Of a stretch of 64,000 bases of DNA, positions 47,402 through 55,882 are shown one piece after another. A model generated the notes under the pieces. It did not search any database. It saw nothing but the letters and a program-made list of their open reading frames with translations, and had not been told where the DNA came from. The DNA comes from Chlamydiales bacterium (GTDB taxonomy: Bacteria; Chlamydiota; Chlamydiia; Chlamydiales; SM23-39). Made by a program: the position numbers and the translations under genes. The stretch is taken from contig DATIHQ010000001.1 of NCBI GenBank assembly GCA_035480535.1, positions 2,814 to 66,813 of the forward strand, given 5' to 3'. Numbering within the stretch: position 1 is the stretch's first letter; every line of letters begins with the position of its first letter.

Positions 47402-47788
47402 TTAGTTGGCTTTTGTTTTCTTAGAGACTGAGGTGAAGATAGCGACTAATTCTTCGGCTTCTTTATATAGGGAGGATAGGCGGTTTTTGGGGATGAGTTT
47501 TGTGTCCATCAGCAGTTCTAACCAATAGAGAGATTCGTCAAGTTCCTGGAGGGTTAGATCTAGTTTAGCTACAAACTCCGCTTTTGACCGCCCTCTATAA
47601 GCCTCTCGTAGGTGGGCTCCAGCAGAAGTGCCGCTTCTAAGCAGCTGTTTTCCAATCATCCCGGCGGCCATTGTCTTGGGTAAATGGGTATATAAATTAA
47701 CGACTCTAATAGCAAATTTTTTAGTACGATCCCTTAAATCCCCCTTAACGGGGTGCGGGGGCGAAGCCCCGACGTTTTCAGATTTCAT
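47402..47788 (-). CDS. four-helix-bundle protein (23S rRNA intervening-sequence protein family, TIGR02436/PF05635-like)
   Basis: DLRDRTKKFAIRVVNLYTHLPKT..GKQLLRSGTSAGAHLREAYRGRSKAEFVAKL..ELDESLYWLELL. The start codon and first ~14 codons lie in R1. Confidence 0.75.
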   Translation of the reverse strand: MKSENVGASPPHPVKGDLRDRTKKFAIRVVNLYTHLPKTMAAGMIGKQLLRSGTSAGAHLREAYRGRSKAEFVAKLDLTLQELDESLYWLELLMDTKLIPKNRLSSLYKEAEELVAIFTSVSKKTKAN

Positions 47789-47973
47789 AATTCAGACTTC
47801 AGATTTTCCCCATGGGGTGCGGGGGCGAAGCCCCGACGTTTTCAGATTTCATAATTCAGACTTCAGATTTTCCCCATGGGGTGCGGGGGCGAAGCCCCGA
47901 CGTTTTCAGATTTCATAATTCAGACTTCAGATTTCCCTCTGGGGTGGATTTCATAATTCAGATTTCAGATTTT
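47750..47973 (+). repeat. R1 tandem array: three 64-bp units (47750, 47814, 47878) plus a core-deleted fourth unit
   Basis: GGGGTGCGGGGGCGAAGCCCCGACGTTTTCAGATTTCATAATTCAGACTTCAGATTTTCCCCAT is repeated head to tail. The last unit is GGGGTGGATTTCATAATTCAGATTTCAGATTTT. Confidence 0.95.
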
Positions 47974-48529
47974 AATACCCGTGAGAAGTCCCGCAGCCGC
48001 AGGCGGATTTCACATTGGGGTTGGTGATTTTGAAACCGGCGCCTTGGAGGCCGTCGAGATAGTCGATGACGCAGCCCATGAGGCGGTCAGCTGATTTATG
48101 ATGGAGGTGGATTTGGATGCCGCTGGACTCGAGAACGAGGTCGCCCGGCTTCGCCTTCTCTGAATAGTCAAGGAAATATTCGAATCCGCTGCAGCCCGCC
48201 GCTCGCTCGCCAAAACGGAGGCTCCAGCCAGTCTTGCCTTCTTCCGCGAGAATGTTGAGGAATTTTGCAGCCGCTTTGGGGGTGATGGTAATGGTGGTGA
48301 GGTCTTCTTGCTCTGCAAGGACTTTATTGAGGTTGTTCAGGAGCTTGGTGAGGTCCTCTTCCGTCATGCCATGGCCCAGCATTCCGGCTTCGATCGTCTC
48401 CCAAGTGGAGGCGCTGCAGCCGACGCAATGGAGCCCCATGTTAGTCATTTCTTGAGCCAGCTTTTGGCTCTTGTGAGGGAATCGTTTAAAAATTTCTTCG
48501 ATCGTCATGTCGCGGGTGATTTGTGCCAT
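47972..48529 (-). CDS. fusion of a DUF1858 (hybrid-cluster-protein-associated redox disulfide) domain with a HesB/IscA-type Fe-S assembly domain
   Basis: N-terminus: TIEEIFKRFP..GLHCVGCSAS.WETIEAG. C-terminus: GCSGFEY...FKITNPNVKSACGCGTSHGY. Confidence 0.75.
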   Translation of the reverse strand: MAQITRDMTIEEIFKRFPHKSQKLAQEMTNMGLHCVGCSASTWETIEAGMLGHGMTEEDLTKLLNNLNKVLAEQEDLTTITITPKAAAKFLNILAEEGKTGWSLRFGERAAGCSGFEYFLDYSEKAKPGDLVLESSGIQIHLHHKSADRLMGCVIDYLDGLQGAGFKITNPNVKSACGCGTSHGY

Positions 48530-48541
48530 AGAGGTCCTAAA

Positions 48542-48805
48542 TTAAAATTTGATTTTGATACAGCCGCCCTTGATCCTGCATTGGCAGGCGAGGCGCTCTT
48601 TATCGAGTTCGCCGAGAAAGTCAGACTCGGCTTGGTTGAATTCAGAGAGGTTTTCCATCCCTTCGGTCACTTCGATGACGCAGGTGCCGCAAACCCCTTC
48701 CGTACAGGCAAAAGGGACCCCCGCTTGCTCACAAGCTTCTATAATGGGGGAATCGTCGGGTAACTCCACTTCTTCCCGGCTATCTTCAAAAATAATCTTT
48801 GCCAT
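48542..48805 (-). CDS. 2Fe-2S ferredoxin-like protein
   Basis: ACTEGVCGTCV (C-x4-C-x2-C) plus a distal LACQC; 87 aa. Confidence 0.75.
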   Translation of the reverse strand: MAKIIFEDSREEVELPDDSPIIEACEQAGVPFACTEGVCGTCVIEVTEGMENLSEFNQAESDFLGELDKERLACQCRIKGGCIKIKF

Positions 48806-49052
48806 AGGGGAACCTTCTTTCCACTAGGCAATATAGCTGTTAGCCCAGAAAAATACAAGGTCTTCCCAGCTCATAATATTGAAAATTTTATTATACTAAA
48901 AATCATAATAGTTAAATTTATAATATTATAACTATTTAATTTACCTGCCTTTTGTTGTTGAATTTATAATCAGATTCTATTAAAATATTGCATAAATTTA
49001 AATAAACTAAACAAAGATAAAAACTTAATAATCCAAGTATTGGAGATAATTT

Positions 49053-52000
49053 ATGTCAGTACCAAAACTATCAGACGCTGTTGCCGCTGCTTCAATTGCA
49101 GAAGGGATAGAAGCACGCAACCTACCCAATGATCAAGACGCAACGCAAGTATATGAGAATCTTGCAGCGCTCTCAGCTGAAAGACAAAGAACCATTGTCC
49201 GGCAAGAGAGTGCTTTTGCAAACGAAATCGACCCCAAAGCAAAAGCTCGGCCAGCACAGCAAAAACTCGATCTTCAATGGGCTAACAAAGAAAACTTTTT
49301 CAAGAAACATTTCCCAAATCTTTTCGGGAAGACTAAAGCTCCTGAAGCAACGCCTTCTAAAGAAGGGGAACAACTCGGTGCAATGCGAACAGTAACGAAT
49401 GAAACTACCGATGCAGAAGATACCAACCAAGTGCTCCGCGCGCAACACATTGCCGCAAAAGCCGCAGATGAACTTTCAGATCAAAATGAAACAAATCGTA
49501 AAAAGGGCGTACACGCTATTCTTCCCGACACGGGAGATGATGAAGATGCGGATGTTCAAGGAAGCGGTACTCTAAAGACTTCAGATGGCAAATCAAGAGT
49601 CGTTGAGTATTTTAACCGAACGTCTCTTTTTGATCACATGTTCAAACTTTCGTATGAACTTCAAGATAAGGCGAAAAATACAGAGGGCACAAAAGGGATT
49701 CTGAAGGCCGTATTGGCTGGTGTCTACACTCTTGCCATGGTGTTTATAGCACTACCCTTATTCACCCTACTCGGCTTTGGTGCCCCATGGACAATCCGAT
49801 GGGATAGCGATACAAAAGTCGAAGTTCTAAAATCATCTGACACGAATAACCTGAAACAGGCTGCTGCTGATGGATCAGAAAAAGCAGGCGCAGCTCTAGA
49901 TGTTAGACTTTCCGTCATTTCTCAGCCAGGTGCATCGAATGAAGGCAGAAAGTCAGTTAGCGCAGTTAGAGGCGAAAATGATCTTTCTGGTGTTGAAGAA
50001 GAAGTAGAAAGAAAAACAGCTGCAGATGCGCAAGATGACAAATCTGTTAAGGATACTGCTGTTAGCACGATGACACTCTCTCAAAAAATAAGAAGCGGGC
50101 TGTCAAGAGTATTAGCTAAATTCAGCAAAGCTCAGGCATCTGATCCAGTGGTCTTAAGCGATTACGCGAAGGCACGAGGCGCTATTCGAAAAGAAGTTGA
50201 AAAATTAGTGGATAGCATCGTTGATGAATATCAATTGATCAATAGACAAGTTCAGGGCCGAAGCCGGTTTTATGACAAATTAGGTAATGAAGTCCAGGCA
50301 GATGCGCAAGGTCATTTGACAAATCTTGTGAATGCATTGGCAAAGCATGCAAATGGAGCCACGCCAGAAGAACAGTTTGATCTGTATGGATTCTTTACAG
50401 GCCGTTTAGCTGCAAGCGCAGGAGATAAGAAGCTTGTGAATCCTTCTCTACTCATCGTTGATAGAGGTGGGGAATTCCACAAAGATGCTTTGATTCAAGA
50501 TGAGATCTATGCTTACGTTGTCCAGCATGCCGACGATTTCCGAAATGCTTTCGGAGAGGCATGTGAAAAGGCATACGTATTTGCTCTGCAAAACGGAACG
50601 CCTGCACAAGCGACTGAAGAGCTGTTGAGAAATCTCAATGGCGCCGTTGCAAAAGGCTTCATGACCAATGATCAAATAGACGCTGTCTTGGCCCACGTTC
50701 GCGATTCAGAAGATGTTCGATTGGCTCAAGTTCAAGCCGCAGTGGATGAGATCAAAAAAGATGGAAACAAACAAGCCCATTCATTTGGCGACGAACTAGT
50801 TCAATCTAGTGTTCTAAATGAAGCAGATCAGCCAGCATTCGAGCAAGCTGTTGAAGCTAGGATAAAAGGAATCCAGGCTAAAAAAGCTCTGCAAGAAAAA
50901 GCTAAATTGCAAAGACAAGCAAGCGTAGCTAAGCTTGGACAAACGCTCGGCGATATCGTCCAGCGTGCTCTAAGAACACGCGCAATGGCTAAGATCGATG
51001 CTAATCTGAAAACTCGCGCGCAAAAAGCTCGAGAAAACGTTGCAAAAGCACGAAGAGCGTTGTTTGACCAATTTAATGAACGGTTAGCTCAAATTACCAA
51101 TGCTCAAAGAGCATTGAAAGCTCTAAATCGCCAGTATGGTGTATTAGTAGACACAGGCGAAAGATTGGAAGCAGAATACACTATGCTTGAAAATATCCTG
51201 ATCGATGTTCAGATTTTCAGACCTGAAGAGGTTGTAGAAAATGGAGTAAGAACAGTAAGTCCGGTAGCCAAAGAAACGAAACGAATGACCATTGGTCAAG
51301 CAATAGAAGAAATTCGTATAGCTCGGGCTGCAATCCAGGCTTATCCAGGTGCTCAAGCCGCAGATAAACGAAATCTAACAGCTAAGTACAACAAATTGAC
51401 ACAAGCTGTTCGTTCAGAAGTTGATAAGCTTTCGGCGAAGGGAGAAGAAATTCGCGTTAACAATGCTTCCTTGATCTCGTTTAATGACAAGATCCTTGAA
51501 CAATTAGCGCAAGTCGATGCTGCTATAGCGGCGTATAAAGAATTTGCTTCTAAACCAAGAAAAATTAATTTGGATGACGGTCAGAAGAAAATTATGAATA
51601 CCGTTTTTGCGGAGAAAGAAGCAACCCAAAAAGCTCTTAGAGAAGAGATTGTAGGGCTTCAGCAATCAGGCGCTGGCATTGTCGATATAAACTTGGCAGG
51701 ACTCCTCAAGAGACCTGATCAAGCGGCTAATGTGCTCGCTAATGCTATCCCAGCACCAAGACTCTCTGTTGCAGCACCCGTTGTAAATGGGGAAGATCCC
51801 CTCGGCGCAGCCCCAGCGGCAGCTCAAAAAGCTCCAGTTGCTGAGAAAGAACCAGAGCAAGCTCCGGTTCCGCTAATTCCAGCTCCAGTTGCTGAGAAAG
51901 AACCAGAAGTTCTAGGTAATGCGTTTAATGCTAACCTCGATTCTCCTAGACCAGGAATGTTTAGTGGAATAGGCCTGCCAGCTTTCTTGAAGAGAGCTGC

Positions 52001-52217
52001 CGCACCTACCACACCAGCAGTGGCAGTGACGCAAGAAGAACCTAGAGATCAAGAGCTTGATTTAGATGGTGATGTAGCTGATGTTGAACAACCATCAGGG
52101 CTTCTTAGCAGGCTGTTTGGTTGGGGAAGACCAACTGCTCCAACAACGCCGGCATTGCCAGTTATTACGACTGGGCCAAGCGTTGGTAATGCGCTCAATG
52201 TTTCCGACATAGCATAA
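49053..52217 (+). CDS. large orphan coiled-coil protein (1054 aa) with one Inc-like bilobed hydrophobic hairpin
   Basis: TGGAGA SD. Hydrophobic hairpin ILKAVLAGVYTLAMVFIALPLFTLLGFGAPW at about aa 225-260, long heptad-like stretches, and a duplicated C-terminal APVAEKEPE motif. Confidence 0.65.
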   Translation: MSVPKLSDAVAAASIAEGIEARNLPNDQDATQVYENLAALSAERQRTIVRQESAFANEIDPKAKARPAQQKLDLQWANKENFFKKHFPNLFGKTKAPEATPSKEGEQLGAMRTVTNETTDAEDTNQVLRAQHIAAKAADELSDQNETNRKKGVHAILPDTGDDEDADVQGSGTLKTSDGKSRVVEYFNRTSLFDHMFKLSYELQDKAKNTEGTKGILKAVLAGVYTLAMVFIALPLFTLLGFGAPWTIRWDSDTKVEVLKSSDTNNLKQAAADGSEKAGAALDVRLSVISQPGASNEGRKSVSAVRGENDLSGVEEEVERKTAADAQDDKSVKDTAVSTMTLSQKIRSGLSRVLAKFSKAQASDPVVLSDYAKARGAIRKEVEKLVDSIVDEYQLINRQVQGRSRFYDKLGNEVQADAQGHLTNLVNALAKHANGATPEEQFDLYGFFTGRLAASAGDKKLVNPSLLIVDRGGEFHKDALIQDEIYAYVVQHADDFRNAFGEACEKAYVFALQNGTPAQATEELLRNLNGAVAKGFMTNDQIDAVLAHVRDSEDVRLAQVQAAVDEIKKDGNKQAHSFGDELVQSSVLNEADQPAFEQAVEARIKGIQAKKALQEKAKLQRQASVAKLGQTLGDIVQRALRTRAMAKIDANLKTRAQKARENVAKARRALFDQFNERLAQITNAQRALKALNRQYGVLVDTGERLEAEYTMLENILIDVQIFRPEEVVENGVRTVSPVAKETKRMTIGQAIEEIRIARAAIQAYPGAQAADKRNLTAKYNKLTQAVRSEVDKLSAKGEEIRVNNASLISFNDKILEQLAQVDAAIAAYKEFASKPRKINLDDGQKKIMNTVFAEKEATQKALREEIVGLQQSGAGIVDINLAGLLKRPDQAANVLANAIPAPRLSVAAPVVNGEDPLGAAPAAAQKAPVAEKEPEQAPVPLIPAPVAEKEPEVLGNAFNANLDSPRPGMFSGIGLPAFLKRAAAPTTPAVAVTQEEPRDQELDLDGDVADVEQPSGLLSRLFGWGRPTAPTTPALPVITTGPSVGNALNVSDIA

Positions 52218-52245
52218 TTCATTATCCTTCTAGGAAAGTGAATCC

Positions 52246-52276
52246 AAAAGGCCCTTTTTTAAGGGCCTTTTTTATT
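52246..52276. terminator. bidirectional rho-independent terminator
   Basis: AAAAGGCCC TTTTTTAA GGGCCTTTT followed by TTATT, between convergent CDS 49053..52217 and adk. Confidence 0.7.
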
Positions 52277-52380
52277 GGGAAAGAGCTTGTGAAAAAATGG
52301 GGACATCCACCGATTTTGATGAGATTTTTCTGCACTTTCAGGGCCAAAAATCTCGCAAAAGCGGCTGGGTAACCATTTTT

Positions 52381-53004
52381 TCACAAGCTCAGAAGCTCTG
52401 AAAGTCCGACGAGTACATCGCGGAGGACTTCGAGAGGCTTTTGATCGGCGTTAAAACGGGAGATGAGGCGGCTTGGGTAATGCTTGAGCAGTTTGACTGT
52501 ATCGCGCTGATAGACTTCCATCCGGGTGCGCAGCACTTGGGCATCCATGTCATCTGTCCTCTTTTCAATGAGCGCTCTTCTTTGAAGCCGTTTGATGAGT
52601 TCCTCGATGTTTTCAATGTCTAAGACAACGATCCGTTCAATGTGAATGTGCTTTTCCAGCAGGTCGGCTTGGCGCAGGGTGCGGGGAATGCCATCGAGGA
52701 GGAGGAGCTGCTGGGAGGGGAAATAGCGGTTGGTGGCGATGAGGCCATGGACGAAGTGATGCCAGATCTGGAGGGTCACTTCATCGGGCAGCAGAAGCCC
52801 CTTTCCGGCGTAATTGTGATAGAGCTTGCCTGCGGGAGACTCAGGGGAAAGGCCCCGGAAGATATCGCCGGATGAGAGGTGGAAATGGTTCCCCGCGCTG
52901 CTGAGGAATTTGCCCAAGGTGCCCTTCCCAGACCCAGGGGGGCCAAAGACCAGAACTGAGCGAAACGGCTCCGTATGATGGGGGATAATCGATTCTTCCT
53001 TCAT
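52381..53004 (-). CDS. adk: adenylate kinase family nucleoside-monophosphate kinase (short, no obvious lid)
   Basis: P-loop FGPPGSGKGT, then SSGDIFR and LLDGIPRT motifs. Confidence 0.65.
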   Translation of the reverse strand: MKEESIIPHHTEPFRSVLVFGPPGSGKGTLGKFLSSAGNHFHLSSGDIFRGLSPESPAGKLYHNYAGKGLLLPDEVTLQIWHHFVHGLIATNRYFPSQQLLLLDGIPRTLRQADLLEKHIHIERIVVLDIENIEELIKRLQRRALIEKRTDDMDAQVLRTRMEVYQRDTVKLLKHYPSRLISRFNADQKPLEVLRDVLVGLSELLSL

Positions 53005-53091
53005 AATTGGGAGCTTAGTTTAAAAGGTGATTCTATACAAGGTCTTTGAGCCTGAGGGGGTTGGGGTTTGGTTGAGGGTTTAAATCCCTAA

Positions 53092-53120
53092 TTGATTGAA
53101 ATACAAATATTTGATATAAT
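53092..53120 (+). promoter_or_regulatory. sigma70-like promoter candidate: TTGATT-N17-TATAAT
   Basis: TTGATT at 53092-53097 and TATAAT at 53115-53120, 24 nt before ATG 53145. Confidence 0.4.
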
Positions 53121-53144
53121 ATTTGGGATAAATTGGAATAAATT

Positions 53145-54341
53145 ATGCCGGTTAGCAATTCAGCCCCACTTCCTAGCTTTTTGCCCCCAATGGGTCAGCT
53201 TCCGACTGGAGTAGACACCGATGGGGATTGGCTCTATTTTCGAAATGCTCTTTGCTCAGATAGGGGCGATTGGTCCGATATAGCCGTCCTGAGAGCTGAT
53301 TTATTGAAAGGCAGGGTTTTGCCGATGATTGATCATCGGTTGCAAGAAGAGGCTCTGACGGTGATTCCAAAGGCAGCTTATGCTCTTTTTCAGGCTAACA
53401 TGGGTTCTACAGCCTTCCTATTCAAAACAAATGGACAGCCAGCAAGCGACGCTTTATCCATTATCGATTCACCCTTTGAAGTATTGAACGGCAAAGGCAA
53501 TTTTCATGAGTTGCAAGAGCGGAAAATTGATCGGCGGCAATTGGCTGCAGAAGTCTTCGCGGATGCCCCAACAACCACAAAGGTTGCGCGAAAGGCTTAT
53601 CAGATTCTTTCTCCCAAAAAAGATCTGACGAATGCTTTGTCATCCATTGTCATCACCCGAATCGCAGCTCCATCTAACCCAGCTCCCATAAATCTTCCCC
53701 CTCTTCCACCAGCTAATGCGAGTCCAAGAGTTGTTGCTACAGAACCTCCAGTAGCCAGAGCGCCGTCGCCTGTTGTCTCTGAAATGGAATCTGTTGTTAG
53801 CGGCCCATTGCCAGCTCTTTCAAGTCTTCCAGAAGAACCTTCTCCTGCCCCAAGCAATGCTTCATCGCCTATTTCAAGCCCTCGAATGGCTCCTTCTTCG
53901 AGCAGCGTAAATCCAATCATTAAGGAATGGCGCGATCTTTTAGAAGCTTGGTCTGTTCAGTATGGAACAGAACACCCAGGATCTTTCTTGGAAGATGTTC
54001 GATATAGCGATTTAAAACCCCACACTCAGAATGACTCGGAAGCAGCGAAAAAGGGCAAGGCGGCTCTTCGAAAGCTAGTTGTAAATCCAGAATCCGATGA
54101 CGCTGATGCGGTAGAAATGAGAAATTGGCTCATTGAGTTGTCTAGAAAACTCTTCCATGAATATTGGGTAAAAATAGCTGATGAGAATTACTCAGATTAT
54201 ACATGCCGTCCTAAAGTCTATGCTAGCATAGATGCTTACCGTAAAGCGCAAGCTTCTGGTGGTTTTGTGAATTCATTGGATGTGCCGCGCCTCGATACAA
54301 CACCGCTTTGCAATCATCTAATTAAATTTTTTAGTGAATAA
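53145..54341 (+). CDS. orphan protein, 398 aa, with a central Pro/Ser-rich linker
   Basis: ORF behind the AT-rich leader. Linker APSNPAPINLPPLPPANASP...SPAPSNASSPISSPRMAPSSSS. I recognised no family. Confidence 0.6.
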   Translation: MPVSNSAPLPSFLPPMGQLPTGVDTDGDWLYFRNALCSDRGDWSDIAVLRADLLKGRVLPMIDHRLQEEALTVIPKAAYALFQANMGSTAFLFKTNGQPASDALSIIDSPFEVLNGKGNFHELQERKIDRRQLAAEVFADAPTTTKVARKAYQILSPKKDLTNALSSIVITRIAAPSNPAPINLPPLPPANASPRVVATEPPVARAPSPVVSEMESVVSGPLPALSSLPEEPSPAPSNASSPISSPRMAPSSSSVNPIIKEWRDLLEAWSVQYGTEHPGSFLEDVRYSDLKPHTQNDSEAAKKGKAALRKLVVNPESDDADAVEMRNWLIELSRKLFHEYWVKIADENYSDYTCRPKVYASIDAYRKAQASGGFVNSLDVPRLDTTPLCNHLIKFFSE

Positions 54342-54413
54342 TTCAAATAGATTCGTTTATATCTAAATAATAAGAATATAGGCTATAATATTATCTCTTT
54401 AGCTTGAGATACT

Positions 54414-55832
54414 ATGGGTTCATATTCGGTTCAACTCGATACATTAAGCGCACCTGGGAGCGCCCCGCTGGAACTGCAACAGTTCCATAAAGAGCGCGCT
54501 GAATCAACTCTATCAAAATATTTATTGAAAGATGGGGCGATTCGCTCGTTTTTTGATCGAATGGGCTCTGAGACAAGTTTTAATTTCACCATCGGCCGAA
54601 GGGGAGTGGAGATTGTTCCAGAAGGGGAGAGGGCAAGGTTTTTCAAGATGGAGCCGGGGCCTTTAAAAGAGCTGAAAAAACTGGCTCGCATTCCGCAATT
54701 CTATTCCCATATCGGAGCAGTAAAGGAGAAGCCGGTCGATGCGGAAGAGGAAGCGGTGAGGAAGAAGACGGCGAAAGTCGCTGTCGATGCGATGCTGAAA
54801 TCTTCCGTTCCCGGAGTGAAGGGAAACATATTGACCTTAACAGCCATCAGCGAAAACACTCTGTCTCTCACGCGAGATATCTTGAGATCGGTTCCGATGA
54901 TTGGCCCAAGTCACATCATCCCTCACAATTTAGCCTATGGCGCAGGTGCACTTTGGACGATTTTTGGCGCTCGCGAAGTGAGAGGGGGCTGGAAAGATTA
55001 TAACCATGCGAAACAAATTAGAGATGATGAGGGAAAGAACCGCGCTGTTGGCCGATTGACAACGGGTAGTTTGGGAACGACTGGGTCGGTTTTCTTTATC
55101 GCTGGAAAAGCAGCTGTTTCAACAAATGCGGCTGTGATGACGGCGACGGGTTTGTCATTTGTTGCGGACTTGCTTTTCGGGATTGGATCGATTGTGGGTA
55201 TCGGATTATCGAGTTTGGGCATTTATCGCTGTTGGGATTTTCGCAAAGAAGTGAATAAATACTATGAAAATAAAGAATTGAGTAGGGAACAGCAGGTGAG
55301 AGGAACGCTGAACTTTTTAAAGGAGAAGCTTTCAGTCTCGAAAAATGAACAGAGAGATTTGATCCACGAGATCAATGAAGAGCATCCTGAGATGAGCAAA
55401 CAAGAAAAAGAAGAGCTTTTTAAACAAAGACTTGCCGATAAGGCCGAAGTGAAGGTGAAATATCTAAAGCGGCGAACGAGCAATAAAAGCTTGGATCTCA
55501 TCTTAAATAAGGTAGAGCCTCTTTTAGCGAGATTGAATGACCCCGCCGCCCTAGAAGAAGCGGATGCACTCATTCAAACAATCCTGAAAGAAAACAAAGT
55601 GAAGATGGGTCTTTATTTGGTTGGATTGATTTTCTCTGTCGTAAGCTTAATTGGGGTCATTCTGGCTGACTTCTTCTCTTTCGGAACTTTGCCCTATATC
55701 ATCATGGGGGTCGCTTCGGCTGTCTTCCTGTTGATTACGCTCTATAATTTCTTTGTCCAATTGATGAAGAAAGACCCCGATTCGGGCGCCCTTGTCATGG
55801 GCCCTCTCGATGCCCCTGCGGGTGGTATTTAA
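54414..55832 (+). CDS. orphan polytopic membrane protein, paralog A (472 aa)
   Basis: Hydrophobic blocks in the centre and at the C-terminus (MGLYLVGLIFSVVSLIGVILADFFSFGTLPYIIMGVASAVFLLITLY). It shares WDFRKEV/THDFRKEL and its overall architecture with 55883..57292. Confidence 0.65.
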   Translation: MGSYSVQLDTLSAPGSAPLELQQFHKERAESTLSKYLLKDGAIRSFFDRMGSETSFNFTIGRRGVEIVPEGERARFFKMEPGPLKELKKLARIPQFYSHIGAVKEKPVDAEEEAVRKKTAKVAVDAMLKSSVPGVKGNILTLTAISENTLSLTRDILRSVPMIGPSHIIPHNLAYGAGALWTIFGAREVRGGWKDYNHAKQIRDDEGKNRAVGRLTTGSLGTTGSVFFIAGKAAVSTNAAVMTATGLSFVADLLFGIGSIVGIGLSSLGIYRCWDFRKEVNKYYENKELSREQQVRGTLNFLKEKLSVSKNEQRDLIHEINEEHPEMSKQEKEELFKQRLADKAEVKVKYLKRRTSNKSLDLILNKVEPLLARLNDPAALEEADALIQTILKENKVKMGLYLVGLIFSVVSLIGVILADFFSFGTLPYIIMGVASAVFLLITLYNFFVQLMKKDPDSGALVMGPLDAPAGGI

Positions 55833-55882
55833 AATAAATTCTATATTGTTTTTTGTTGTTTATTATGTTATAATAATAAATT

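Noticed and set aside
47750-47973. Regularly spaced 64-bp repeats that could be mistaken for a CRISPR array
   Set aside because: The units are directly adjacent with no unique spacers. The same sequence occurs singly elsewhere (1951, 23866, 47291), and no cas genes are nearby. It is a tandem array of the R1 dispersed repeat.
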